Position numbers and translations under genes: made by a program. The notes beneath the pieces are model-generated. The model made no database searches and had not been told where the DNA came from. It was given only the letters and a program-made list of their open reading frames with translations. A DNA stretch of 50,631 bases from Clostridiaceae bacterium (GTDB lineage: Bacteria; Bacillota; Clostridia; Oscillospirales; Acutalibacteraceae), in NCBI GenBank assembly GCA_904501875.1, contig CAJGCQ010000001.1:1-50631 (forward strand). Reading direction: 5' to 3'. The first letter of the stretch is position 1. Each line of letters opens with the position of its first letter. Positions 9,565 to 20,004 of the stretch are shown here, in pieces.

Positions 9565-10944
9565 TTATTCCTCTGTCTCGTTTTCGTCCGCTTTCTTGCC
9601 GGAAAGAATAAGATTTACGATTATTCCGAGGATAAGTGAGGTTGCAACCGCTGTAAGGGTAATCTTTCCAAAAGTAAGGGAAAGTCCGCCGATACCTGCT
9701 ATTAAAATAGCCGATACGACAAAGAGGTTCCTGTTTTCGTTAAGGTCAACCTTCTGTACCATCTTAAGACCGCTTACTGCGATAAATCCGTAAAGTGCCA
9801 TACAAACGCCGCCCATTACGCAGGAAGGAATGGAATTAACAAAGGCTACAAAGGGGTTTACAAAGGAAACGATTATAGCACCGAGGGCAGCCGCAATAAT
9901 TGTGGCAACGGAGGCATTTCTTGTAATAGCAACGCAGGCTACCGACTCACCATATGTAGTGTTGGGGCAACCGCCGAAGAAAGCGCCTACCATTGAGCCC
10001 ACACCGTCACCCAAAAGGGTTCTGTGAAGACCGGGCTCCTCAAGCAAATCCTTTTCAATGATTGAAGAAATGTTCTTGTGGTCGGCGATATGCTCGGCAA
10101 ATACAACGAAGGCAACAGGTACATAAGCCACCGCAATAGTACCTACATAGGAAGCGTTAAGCTCCTTAAGGCCACCGAAAGCCGTTAAGAATGTGAAATC
10201 GGGAAGGCTCACAAAGGTTTCAAGTGTTATGCCGCCCGAAACAAGTGCTGTGAAGTTGCCGAAGTTTATAAGCTTTAAAGCCTCAATATCCGCTGCGTTG
10301 CCGATAACGGTGAAAATAAGAGCTACCGCATAGCCTGCAAGGATACCTAAGATAAAGGGGATAAGCTTTGCCGTCTTTTTGCCGTAGGTTGAGCAGAGCA
10401 TTGTGACAATAAGGGTGATAATGCCGATAAGCACGCAAAGAAGAACATTTGCAACCGAGTTGCCCTTAGCGTCTAAAACGCCGCCCTTCTGAAGGTCGCC
10501 CACAGCGTTACCTGCAAGGGAGAGACCGATTATAGCAACTGTAGGTCCTATAACAACGGGAGGCATAAGCTTGTTAATCCAGCCAACGCCTGCGAATTTA
10601 ACAATAATTGCGATAATTACATAAACAATACCTGCAAAGACAGCACCAAGGATAAGTCCCACATAACCGAGAGACATTGATACGCCGCCCGCAAATGCTG
10701 CGAACATAGAGCCTATGAACGCAAAGGAAGAGCCAAGGAAAACAGGGCTTTTTTTAGCGGTGAAAAGCACATAAACAAGGGTTCCTACGCCTGCGCCGAA
10801 AAGCGCCGCCGCAGAGCTCATACCGTTGCCGATAATTACCGGAACAACGAGGGTTGCCGCCATAATGGCAAGCAGCTGCTGGATTGCGAAGACAATTAAC
10901 TGCCCGAATTTCGGCTTGTCTTCGACATTGTAGTACATCTTCAT
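9565..10944 (-). CDS. pyrP: Uracil permease (NCS2 family)
   Basis: 459 aa and polytopic, with nucleobase:cation symporter-2 features. Lies immediately downstream of pyrR as in Bacillus. GGAGGAAG SD. Confidence 0.85.
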   Translation of the reverse strand: MKMYYNVEDKPKFGQLIVFAIQQLLAIMAATLVVPVIIGNGMSSAAALFGAGVGTLVYVLFTAKKSPVFLGSSFAFIGSMFAAFAGGVSMSLGYVGLILGAVFAGIVYVIIAIIVKFAGVGWINKLMPPVVIGPTVAIIGLSLAGNAVGDLQKGGVLDAKGNSVANVLLCVLIGIITLIVTMLCSTYGKKTAKLIPFILGILAGYAVALIFTVIGNAADIEALKLINFGNFTALVSGGITLETFVSLPDFTFLTAFGGLKELNASYVGTIAVAYVPVAFVVFAEHIADHKNISSIIEKDLLEEPGLHRTLLGDGVGSMVGAFFGGCPNTTYGESVACVAITRNASVATIIAAALGAIIVSFVNPFVAFVNSIPSCVMGGVCMALYGFIAVSGLKMVQKVDLNENRNLFVVSAILIAGIGGLSLTFGKITLTAVATSLILGIIVNLILSGKKADENETEE

Positions 10945-11017
10945 TTATTACTTCCTCCATTTTTTGCGCAAAAATTAAATTCTGCACATTATTATATATA
11001 AGCAGTCATGGGACTGT

Positions 11018-11557
11018 TCATATCTCGTAAAGCTCCGCCGCAGTCTCGTCATCATAAGGCGGTATTTTTACCGCAATAATCTCTGACTTCGAGGTGGGAA
11101 CATTTTTGCCCACATAGTCACCCCTAATGGGAAGCTCCCTATGTCCTCTGTCAATAAGCACCGCAAGCTGAATTGAAGCCGCTCTACCAAAACGCATAAT
11201 AGCATCCATAGCTGCCCTTACTGTTCTGCCTGTGTAAAGCACATCGTCCACCAAAACTACCTTTTTGCCCACAATCGAAACCGTAAGCGCCGCCGAATGT
11301 ATGACCGGGTCAGGTGAAATTGCGGTCAAATCGTCCCGGTGAAAGGTTATATCAATCTCGCCTGTAGGGGGACGGACGCCCTCTATATTATATATGTTAT
11401 CCGCTATAATATTTGCAAGGGCAACTCCGCGGCGTTTAATACCTATAATACAAAGGTCAGCGCCGCCGTCGTTTTTTTCAAGTATCTCGTGTGATATGCG
11501 CTTGAGCGCCCTGGTCACCGCCGCCTCGTCCATAAGCGTAGCATTAAACTTATCCAT
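11018..11557 (-). CDS. pyrR: Bifunctional pyr mRNA-binding attenuation protein / uracil phosphoribosyltransferase PyrR
   Basis: Track ORF trimmed to Met20 ([27 protein letters not shown]...), with GGAGGG SD. PRTase motif [13 protein letters not shown]. Confidence 0.92.
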   Translation of the reverse strand: MDKFNATLMDEAAVTRALKRISHEILEKNDGGADLCIIGIKRRGVALANIIADNIYNIEGVRPPTGEIDITFHRDDLTAISPDPVIHSAALTVSIVGKKVVLVDDVLYTGRTVRAAMDAIMRFGRAASIQLAVLIDRGHRELPIRGDYVGKNVPTSKSEIIAVKIPPYDDETAAELYEI

Positions 11558-11569
11558 AAAGCCCTCCGT

Positions 11570-11697
11570 AAAAAAAGCGTCCCGCACACAGCAAGACGCT
11601 CGAATAGTTAACACAAACTTGTCATATACATATATTATATATAATGTATACCCTTGTTAATCAGAGCCTTGCCGGCATCTCCGTACCGTCTTAAAGG
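11570..11697 (-). promoter_or_regulatory. PyrR-binding attenuator (binding hairpin plus intrinsic terminator) in the pyrR leader
   Basis: Minus strand: CCUUUAAGACGGUACGGAGAUGCCGGCAAGG (11667-11697) resembles the Bacillus PyrR binding loop (CCUUUAA...purine-rich loop...AAGG). Downstream is a 9-bp stem GCGUCUUGC/GCGGGACGC (11577-11599) followed by U7 (11570-11576). Confidence 0.6.
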
Positions 11698-11712
11698 AAT
11701 TGAACCATTATT

Positions 11713-11741
11713 AATATACCACACATATATGTAATTGTAAA
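11713..11741 (-). promoter_or_regulatory. Putative pyrR promoter
   Basis: Minus strand: TTTACA, 17 nt, TGgTATATT (extended -10). Confidence 0.5.
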
Positions 11742-12005
11742 GATTTTTTGACAAATTATCAAAAATTTTTTATACCTTATATTGTGGTTAAAAGGTTATT
11801 TTTTAGCATAAATCCCCCACTTTTGGGGTAAAATAACATCGTACAAGCGCCCGCACACACCACTTTGCCCGATTTTGTAGGATTGCACAAGTTAAATGTA
11901 AAAAAATGACATTTTATCGCCCTTTAAAAAGGTTACAAGCTTGTAACTTTTTTAAATCTTGAATTTTTTTGGTGATTTTGACTAAAAAGTTTGATTTTTT
12001 CCGCT

Positions 12006-12034
12006 TTGACATCGTCGATTTAATGCTATATAAT
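12006..12034 (+). promoter_or_regulatory. Putative promoter of the G5/3D-domain gene
   Basis: TTGACA (12006-12011), 17 nt, TATAAT (12029-12034). Confidence 0.55.
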
Positions 12035-12074
12035 ACCCCTCGGCTTGCGAGATTTATTTCAAAGGAGTCATTTG

Positions 12075-13163
12075 ATGTTAGAAAAAATAAAGTACCATTT
12101 GTCAAAGAGCCTGCTCTCAAAGCAAATGCGTATAAGCTGCATAGCGGTTATGACCGCAATTACCATTGCAGTTGTTACTTTACTCGGGCTATCATTAAAT
12201 ACAGTTGAAATATTTGACGGTGAAAAAACTTACACCGTGCGTTCACTTAATATGAATGTTGCGAATGTTCTCTCTAACCTGAATTTAAAGTCCGAGCGCT
12301 ACAAGATAACAAAAACTACTGTTGAAAACCGTAAAACAGAGGTTGAAATTGCCTATGCCTTCCCCGTTTATATTACAATAGGCGAGCAAACTCAGGAAAT
12401 CGAGTTTACGGGCGGTACCGTATTAGAGGCTCTCGAGGCTGCGGGATACACACCCAACAGCGACGATTTTATCGAGCCCTCTTTAGATACTGTTATTACC
12501 GGAACCGTTTATATCGACTACACCGATATTGAGTATGTAAACGGTAGCTACACCGAGGCTATTCCCCACAGCACAAAAACCGTATATTCCTCCAACATGG
12601 TCGAAGGAAGCACCAAACTTGAAAATGGTTTAGACGGTGTAAAGCAGGTAAACTACACCGAAAAGCTTGTAAACGGCGTTTCCGAAGAGAAAACCGTAAT
12701 AAGTGAAGAAGTTGTAACCGCCGCAGTTGATGCCAAGAAGATAGTGGGCACTAAAAAGGCGGCAAGTGCAGTCGCAAGCACAGTTACAACCTCCGCTTCG
12801 GTTAAAAGTGTTTCCACCCTCACCCCCTCTTCGCCCATAGAGCTTGACAAAAACGGCAACCCCATAAACTATAAGTCTAAAATCACGGCAAGAGCTACCG
12901 CCTACACCTATACGGGCAATAAATGCTCAACCGGCGTAGCGCCCCAGCCGGGATATATTGCGGTAAACCCCAACTATATTCCTTACGGCACCAAAATGTA
13001 TATCAAAACTGCAGACGGCAGCATTATTTACGGCTATGCTGTGGCAGCGGACACAGGCGGGTTTATAAGACGGTACCCTAAAGGCGTTGACCTGTTTATG
13101 TCTTCTGAAAGTGCTTGCAGAAGCTTTGGCGTGCGCAATGTAGAAATTTATATACTTGAATAA
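12075..13163 (+). CDS. YabE-like cell-wall protein (N-terminal TM, DUF348/G5 region, C-terminal 3D/RlpA-like domain)
   Basis: Track ORF trimmed to ATG 12075 (AAGGAG 7 nt upstream). The C-terminus ARATAYTYTGNKCSTGVAPQPGYIAVNP..IPYGTKMYI...GYAVAADTGG is typical of 3D-domain proteins. Confidence 0.85.
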   Translation: MLEKIKYHLSKSLLSKQMRISCIAVMTAITIAVVTLLGLSLNTVEIFDGEKTYTVRSLNMNVANVLSNLNLKSERYKITKTTVENRKTEVEIAYAFPVYITIGEQTQEIEFTGGTVLEALEAAGYTPNSDDFIEPSLDTVITGTVYIDYTDIEYVNGSYTEAIPHSTKTVYSSNMVEGSTKLENGLDGVKQVNYTEKLVNGVSEEKTVISEEVVTAAVDAKKIVGTKKAASAVASTVTTSASVKSVSTLTPSSPIELDKNGNPINYKSKITARATAYTYTGNKCSTGVAPQPGYIAVNPNYIPYGTKMYIKTADGSIIYGYAVAADTGGFIRRYPKGVDLFMSSESACRSFGVRNVEIYILE

Positions 13164-13166
13164 TAG

Positions 13167-13201
13167 AACGGCAGATACACCTTCGTGTATCTGCCGTTTT
13201 A
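13167..13201. terminator. Bidirectional terminator between the 3D-domain gene and eno
   Basis: 14-bp perfect stem AACGGCAGATACAC / GTGTATCTGCCGTT with CTTC loop, and T-run on the plus side. Confidence 0.75.
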
Positions 13202-13205
13202 GCTG

Positions 13206-14483
<1,278 letters not shown>

Positions 14484-14590
14484 TTATTTCTGCATATTTT
14501 CAGTTTATTAATAAAATTACCTATTTTAATTTTCGACACTTTGTGGTATAATCTATAGTTGGAGTATAATGTTTAAAGGACTTTAAAAAT

Positions 14591-15346
14591 ATGGAAAATA
14601 ATACAGAACGCACAGGAAATATAATATGTGGAAGAAACCCCGTGCTTGAAGCGGTACGCTCGGGCAGAGAAATTGACCGTCTGCTTGTGGCTCACGGTGT
14701 TTCGGGGGGCTCGGTTACGGCTATAATCGCTAAATGCCGTGCAAAGGGTGTGCTTATAAAAGAGGTAAGCCCCCAAAAGCTTGACTATTACTGCGGCGGA
14801 GCCAACCATCAGGGTGTGGCGGTTATGTTCGCCTCGCAGGATTACGCCTCGGTCGAGGATATTTTCGCCCTTGCAGAGAAGAAAAACGAAAAACCGTTTA
14901 TAATAATATGCGATGAAATTGAAGACCCGCACAATTTGGGTGCAATTATCAGAACCGCTGAAATTTGCGGCGCACACGGTATAATAATACCAAAGCGCAG
15001 GAGCGCCTCCCTTAACGCAACCGTTGCAAAGGCGGCCTGCGGAGCTCTTGAATATGTGCCTGTTGCAAGGGTCACCAATATTGCAAATACAATAGACGGG
15101 CTAAAGGAACAGGGCGTTTGGGTTTTCGGTGCGGATATGGACGGCAGCGATTACACCAAAACAGATTTTGACTGCCCATTAGCCCTTGTAATCGGTAACG
15201 AGGGCAGTGGAATAGGCGCACTTACCGCCAAAAAGTGCGACGGGATAGTAAGCCTGCCTATGTTCGGTAAAATAAACTCCCTTAACGCCTCGGTGGCGGC
15301 GGGTGTGCTTATGTACGAGGTCGTGCGGAAAAGGAGGCAGTTATGA
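14591..15346 (+). CDS. rlmB: 23S rRNA (guanosine-2'-O)-methyltransferase RlmB (SpoU/TrmH family)
   Basis: 251 aa with an N-terminal SpoU_sub_bind-like region and C-terminal SPOUT motifs (LVIGNEGSGI, SLNASVAAGV). Confidence 0.88.
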   Translation: MENNTERTGNIICGRNPVLEAVRSGREIDRLLVAHGVSGGSVTAIIAKCRAKGVLIKEVSPQKLDYYCGGANHQGVAVMFASQDYASVEDIFALAEKKNEKPFIIICDEIEDPHNLGAIIRTAEICGAHGIIIPKRRSASLNATVAKAACGALEYVPVARVTNIANTIDGLKEQGVWVFGADMDGSDYTKTDFDCPLALVIGNEGSGIGALTAKKCDGIVSLPMFGKINSLNASVAAGVLMYEVVRKRRQL

Positions 15347-18003
15347 GCTTTTTTTCAAGAAAGAAAAATGAAGAGTTATTTTTTCTGGCAGACGAGAACG
15401 ATAATGAATACACCTTAGGGCAGGGATGCACTCTGCACCCCGAGCACGCCCTGACTCCCGATGAGGTTTTAAACTTTTCGTCAAATTCCGAAGAGGGTGA
15501 AGCTTTTAGGACAGGGGCGCTTGATTCTCTCAAAAGGCGTATGCTTGAAAACACGGCAAATACCGAAGCCAGGCAGAAGCCCACGGAAGAAAAATCAGCC
15601 CACGCAGAGGACGAAGACTTTGACTTGAGCGCCTTTTCGGAAAGCTTTAATAAGGTAAAGTCCCAAAAGCAGTCAAAGGCGGATTTAAACCACCCCAAGG
15701 CAGAGATAGCGCCTGAGCCGAAAGAACCCGCTACCCAGCAGGAGCCCTCTTTGCTTGAGAAATGCCGTCCCTTTATCCTTGACGGCGAGGAGGGGGAAAG
15801 CGCTATGGAAACCGCCCCCACCTACAGGCTTGAAAGCGTGGCGGAAATCTTAAACAACGAAAGCAAAAAGACGATTGATAAGCTCTCTGAAAAATACGAA
15901 ATAGCATTTGACGACCTGGGAAAATACAAAAAGCCTGATGCCGAAACCGAGCCTGAGGAATCAAAGCCCGCAGAGGAGCCGGAGGAGAGTAAGGTGCCCG
16001 AAAAGGCCTTCGACGACCTTACCTCTTCCCTTTCAAGGGTTAGTCAGGTGCAGACCAATGTCTTAGTAATATCGGATATTGACCCTTCCGCTCCCCCAAA
16101 AGAACACGAAACGCCTGATATTCACAACACAGCTACTATTAAATTCACCCCCGTATCAGGTATAGATAATACCCCTCGCATAAGCGTAAGCTCCCAGACT
16201 AAACCGATTGATTTGACAGGCGAGCTCACAGGTCTTCCCGAAGCAGGTGCCCAAGAGCCTGAAAATGAGGTTCAGCTTGAACAATCAGAGTTTGAGGAAT
16301 ACATACCAAAAGATGAATTTCGCGACGAAAAGGATGCAAAGCGGCTACTAAGGCGTTTGTCTGTAAAAAAGCGCTCTGACTTTTTAAGAACGGTTTTTTC
16401 CGGATTGGGACTGATTTTGCTGTGCTTTGCAAAGCTGCCCTTTATGTCGGAAATGCTGCTCGCCCACACTATGGCGGCAAACATAATATGTACTGCAATT
16501 TTGGGAATAATAACACTTATTAATGCAGATATGTTTAAAAGCATTCCAAAAATTTTAAGCCGTCACTCCACCCCCGATGTGCTATCGGTTACCGCCTCGG
16601 TTTCAGTTATAGCCTACGGAATAGCCGCAGTATTTAAGAATGAAATTGGGCTGGACCTTATACTTTTAGGTGCATCTATACTCTTTGTCCGTGCGCTCAG
16701 CTCTTTCTGGAACGCCTCCTATATGTTGACGGGCTTTAAGCAAATTTCCGCCTCCTCACCCAAACGGGCGGTGAAGCTTATAAGCGACCAAGCGGTGACC
16801 TTTGCCATGGCAAAGAACGCTATTGAGGGTGATGTTCTTGCCGCCGCTCCTCAAATGACAAAGCATATTGACGGTTATATGAAATATTCCACCTTTGGAA
16901 TAGTTTTATCGGGAAAATTACCCGTAATAACGGTGATTTCGCTTTTTCTGTCGGTCGTGGTCGGCCTTGCCTGCACCGCTTATTTTGACGGTGTGCTGTA
17001 CGGCTTTTACAGTGCGGCGGCGATTCAGTGCTTTGCCGCATTGCCCGTAATATTTATGATAGATAATTTACCCCTTTACTCCTCTGCCAACAGGCTTTCC
17101 CGTATGGGAGCTATGATTGCGGGAAAAACGGGAGCAGAGCGGATTGAAAACGCCAACGCAGCGGTATTTACAGCCAATGAGCTGTTCCCCTCAGGTACCG
17201 TGCAGATGCACAGGCTTCAGGTTTTGTCCAACAACAGCATAGATGACACAATAATCCGTGCCGCCTCTTTAACCGAGGCTATGAGAAGTCCTTTAGCCCC
17301 TATCTTCAAAAAAATAGCGGGCACGGGCGGTAACACGGTTCTTCCCGATTCGGACACTGTAAAATATGAGGACAGAATGGGTATTTCGGGCTGGGTTGAC
17401 GATAAGCTCTTATTTATAGGCAACCGCACCCTTATGGAGGCACACGGAATCGAGGTTCCAAATGTCGAGCTTGACCGAAAGATACTTCGTCAGGGACTTT
17501 TTCCCATATATGTGGCTTCAGAGACTAAGGCCTGCGCCTTAATAACCGTGCGCTACACCGTAAGAGGGGATATAGCAAAGGAATTGCGGCGTGTTTCGGC
17601 TTTAGGAGTTACAATGCTGATTAACAGCTCTGACCCCAATATGACCGAGGAAATGATTTGCGATTATTTCGGTCTTTACAGCGATTCGGTTAAGGTTATG
17701 AACGCTGCAGGCTGTCATATGTATAAAAACGCAGTCACTCCCACATATTCTTATCCCGCCCCCGCCGCATATAAGAACAATCCTATAGGGCTTGCCGCCA
17801 TTATAAGCAATGCGTCAAAGATTAAAAAGTCAAACCTTTTGCTTTCCGTTCTTTATGCGATTTCGGCGGTTTTAGGTACTGTGCTGTTTGCCTATATTTC
17901 CTTTGACGGCTCGAGCTCCCTTATGAGCGGAGCCACAGTACTGCTTTACAGTCTTATTTCGGCTGTGATTTCCTATATTTTATATTTGACACAAAAACCG
18001 TAG
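15343..18003 (+). CDS. Large membrane protein: degenerate (apparently non-catalytic) P1B-type ATPase homologue with an acidic disordered N-terminus
   Basis: 886-aa ORF whose ATG overlaps the rlmB stop (ATGA). About 8 predicted TM segments plus segments alignable to CopA-type A/P/N domains. DKTGT, CPC, TGDN and GDGxND positions are all substituted. Confidence 0.75.
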   Translation: MSFFSRKKNEELFFLADENDNEYTLGQGCTLHPEHALTPDEVLNFSSNSEEGEAFRTGALDSLKRRMLENTANTEARQKPTEEKSAHAEDEDFDLSAFSESFNKVKSQKQSKADLNHPKAEIAPEPKEPATQQEPSLLEKCRPFILDGEEGESAMETAPTYRLESVAEILNNESKKTIDKLSEKYEIAFDDLGKYKKPDAETEPEESKPAEEPEESKVPEKAFDDLTSSLSRVSQVQTNVLVISDIDPSAPPKEHETPDIHNTATIKFTPVSGIDNTPRISVSSQTKPIDLTGELTGLPEAGAQEPENEVQLEQSEFEEYIPKDEFRDEKDAKRLLRRLSVKKRSDFLRTVFSGLGLILLCFAKLPFMSEMLLAHTMAANIICTAILGIITLINADMFKSIPKILSRHSTPDVLSVTASVSVIAYGIAAVFKNEIGLDLILLGASILFVRALSSFWNASYMLTGFKQISASSPKRAVKLISDQAVTFAMAKNAIEGDVLAAAPQMTKHIDGYMKYSTFGIVLSGKLPVITVISLFLSVVVGLACTAYFDGVLYGFYSAAAIQCFAALPVIFMIDNLPLYSSANRLSRMGAMIAGKTGAERIENANAAVFTANELFPSGTVQMHRLQVLSNNSIDDTIIRAASLTEAMRSPLAPIFKKIAGTGGNTVLPDSDTVKYEDRMGISGWVDDKLLFIGNRTLMEAHGIEVPNVELDRKILRQGLFPIYVASETKACALITVRYTVRGDIAKELRRVSALGVTMLINSSDPNMTEEMICDYFGLYSDSVKVMNAAGCHMYKNAVTPTYSYPAPAAYKNNPIGLAAIISNASKIKKSNLLLSVLYAISAVLGTVLFAYISFDGSSSLMSGATVLLYSLISAVISYILYLTQKP

Positions 18004-18102
18004 GAGGAAATAGCGTGAAAAATTACGCTATTCACAATATAGGGACGGCGTTTCGGTGATTTCGCATCGAATTTTGTGTATTGGAAAGAAATGGTGATTA
18101 TT

Positions 18103-20004
18103 ATGTCAGAAAAGAAAAAGTTTTATATTACAACTGCGATAGCCTACGCTTCCAGCAAGCCACACATCGGCAATGCTTACGATATTGTGCTTGCGGATAT
18201 GATAACCCGCTATAAAAGACAAATGGGCTATGAGGTCTACCTAATGACAGGCTCCGACGAGCACGGGCAAAAAATTGAGGAAAAAGCCAAGGCGCAGGGC
18301 ATTACTCCTAAGGAATATGTGGATAATGCCGCCGCAAATATTAAAGCGGTATGGGACAGCCTTAACACTTCCTACGATAAATTCATCCGCACAACCGACG
18401 CCGACCACGAAAAGGCTGTACAGAGAATTTTCACCAAGCTTTACGAGCAGGGGGATATTTACAAAAGCACCTATGAGGGAAAATACTGTGTTCCCTGCGA
18501 GTCATTTTATACCGAATCCCAGTTGGTAGATGGTAAATGTCCCGACTGCGGCAGAGAGGTTGTGGACGCAAAAGAGGAGGCTTACTTCCTGAAATTAAGC
18601 AAATATCAGGATAAGCTGCTCGAATACTACGAACAGCACCCCGATTTTATCAAGCCCGAATCCCGAAAAAATGAGATGATAAACAACTTTTTAAAGCCGG
18701 GACTTCAAGACCTTTGCGTTTCCCGCACCTCCTTTAAGTGGGGAGTGCCGGTTGAATTTGACGATAAACACATTATTTATGTTTGGATTGACGCACTTTC
18801 CAACTATATTACGGGTATCGGATACAATCCCGACGGCAGTACCGATAAGTTTAGCGAGCTCTGGCCTGCCGACCTGCATGTTATAGGCAAGGATATTGTG
18901 CGCTTCCACACCATTTATTGGCCCATTATATTAATGGCGTTAGGTCTGCCCCTGCCCAAGCAGGTTTTAGGGCATCCTTGGGTGCTTGTGGGGGAGGACA
19001 AAATGTCAAAATCCAAGGGTAATGTGGTTTATGCCGATGAATTGGCAAAGCGCTTCGGTGCCGATGCGGTCCGTTACTATCTGCTTTCTCAAATGCCCTT
19101 CGGTAATGACGGAACCTTTACCTATGAAAGCTTTATAAATGTCTTTAACGCCGACCTTGCAAATACTATAGGCAACCTTGTAAGCCGTACTGCGGCTATG
19201 ACCAAAAAGTATTTCGGCGGTACAGTTGTGAAGCACGAACTGACCGAGGATTTAGATAAAGAGCTTTTCGATTTTGCTAAGACCTGTACCCAAAAATATC
19301 ATAAATGTATGGACGCTTACCTTAACGCCGATGCCTGTAGCGCCATTTTGGATTTGGCAAAGCGTTGCAACAAGTATATTGACGAAACAATGCCCTGGGC
19401 ACTTGCAAAGGACGAGGCGCAAAAAGACCGCCTTAACGATGTGCTTTACAATTTATTAGACCTTATTAAAATTATAGGCACCCTTCTAAGACCTATTATG
19501 CCCGACACGGCGAAAAACATCGCAGGGGACAGTATCAGCGAAGAGCTTCGTGCCCCTAACAGCTACACACCCGAACACACAGCTAACCTCTTCCCCCGTT
19601 TGGATACTGAAAAGGTTTTAGCCGAAATCGCCGCCGAACAAGAGGCAAAGGCAGAGCCCGAAAAAATTGAGGGTATTGCACAAATCGGTATAGAGGATTT
19701 TGCAAAGGTTGAGCTGAAGGCCGCTAAAATCACCGCCTGTGAGCCTATTCCGAAAGCGAAAAAGCTTTTGAAATTAACCCTTGATGACGGCAGCGGAACG
19801 CCGAGAACAGTAGCATCGGGCATTGCTAAGTACTACACACCCGAGGAGCTTATCGGCCACACCGTAATCGTTGTGGCAAACCTAAAGCCCGCAAAGCTCT
19901 GCGGTGTCGAGTCAAACGGTATGATTTTAGCCGCCGACTGTGCCGATGATGATGTCAAGGTGTTATTTATCGACAATGTCCCTGCGGGAAGTAAGATAAG
20001 ATGA
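18103..20004 (+). CDS. metG: Methionine--tRNA ligase with C-terminal tRNA-binding (EMAP/Trbp111-like) domain
   Basis: Track ORF trimmed to MSEKKKFYITTAIAYASSKPHIGNAYD. HIGH-type and KMSKS motifs are present. The C-terminal FAKVELKAAKI...NLKPAKLCGVESNGMIL matches the OB tRNA-binding domain. Confidence 0.93.
   Translation: MSEKKKFYITTAIAYASSKPHIGNAYDIVLADMITRYKRQMGYEVYLMTGSDEHGQKIEEKAKAQGITPKEYVDNAAANIKAVWDSLNTSYDKFIRTTDADHEKAVQRIFTKLYEQGDIYKSTYEGKYCVPCESFYTESQLVDGKCPDCGREVVDAKEEAYFLKLSKYQDKLLEYYEQHPDFIKPESRKNEMINNFLKPGLQDLCVSRTSFKWGVPVEFDDKHIIYVWIDALSNYITGIGYNPDGSTDKFSELWPADLHVIGKDIVRFHTIYWPIILMALGLPLPKQVLGHPWVLVGEDKMSKSKGNVVYADELAKRFGADAVRYYLLSQMPFGNDGTFTYESFINVFNADLANTIGNLVSRTAAMTKKYFGGTVVKHELTEDLDKELFDFAKTCTQKYHKCMDAYLNADACSAILDLAKRCNKYIDETMPWALAKDEAQKDRLNDVLYNLLDLIKIIGTLLRPIMPDTAKNIAGDSISEELRAPNSYTPEHTANLFPRLDTEKVLAEIAAEQEAKAEPEKIEGIAQIGIEDFAKVELKAAKITACEPIPKAKKLLKLTLDDGSGTPRTVASGIAKYYTPEELIGHTVIVVANLKPAKLCGVESNGMILAADCADDDVKVLFIDNVPAGSKIR

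Noticed and set aside
11914-12208. ORFs 11914..12120 (-) and 11969..12208 (+), plus the extended 12045 start of the 3D-domain gene
   Set aside because: They have no SDs and overlap the consensus promoter at 12006-12034. ATG 12075 with AAGGAG is the supported start.
14573-15821. Minus-strand ORFs 14573..14977, 14842..15078 and 15309..15821
   Set aside because: They are antisense to rlmB and to the large ATPase-like gene. They have no SDs and Ser/Cys/Phe-rich shadow-frame composition.
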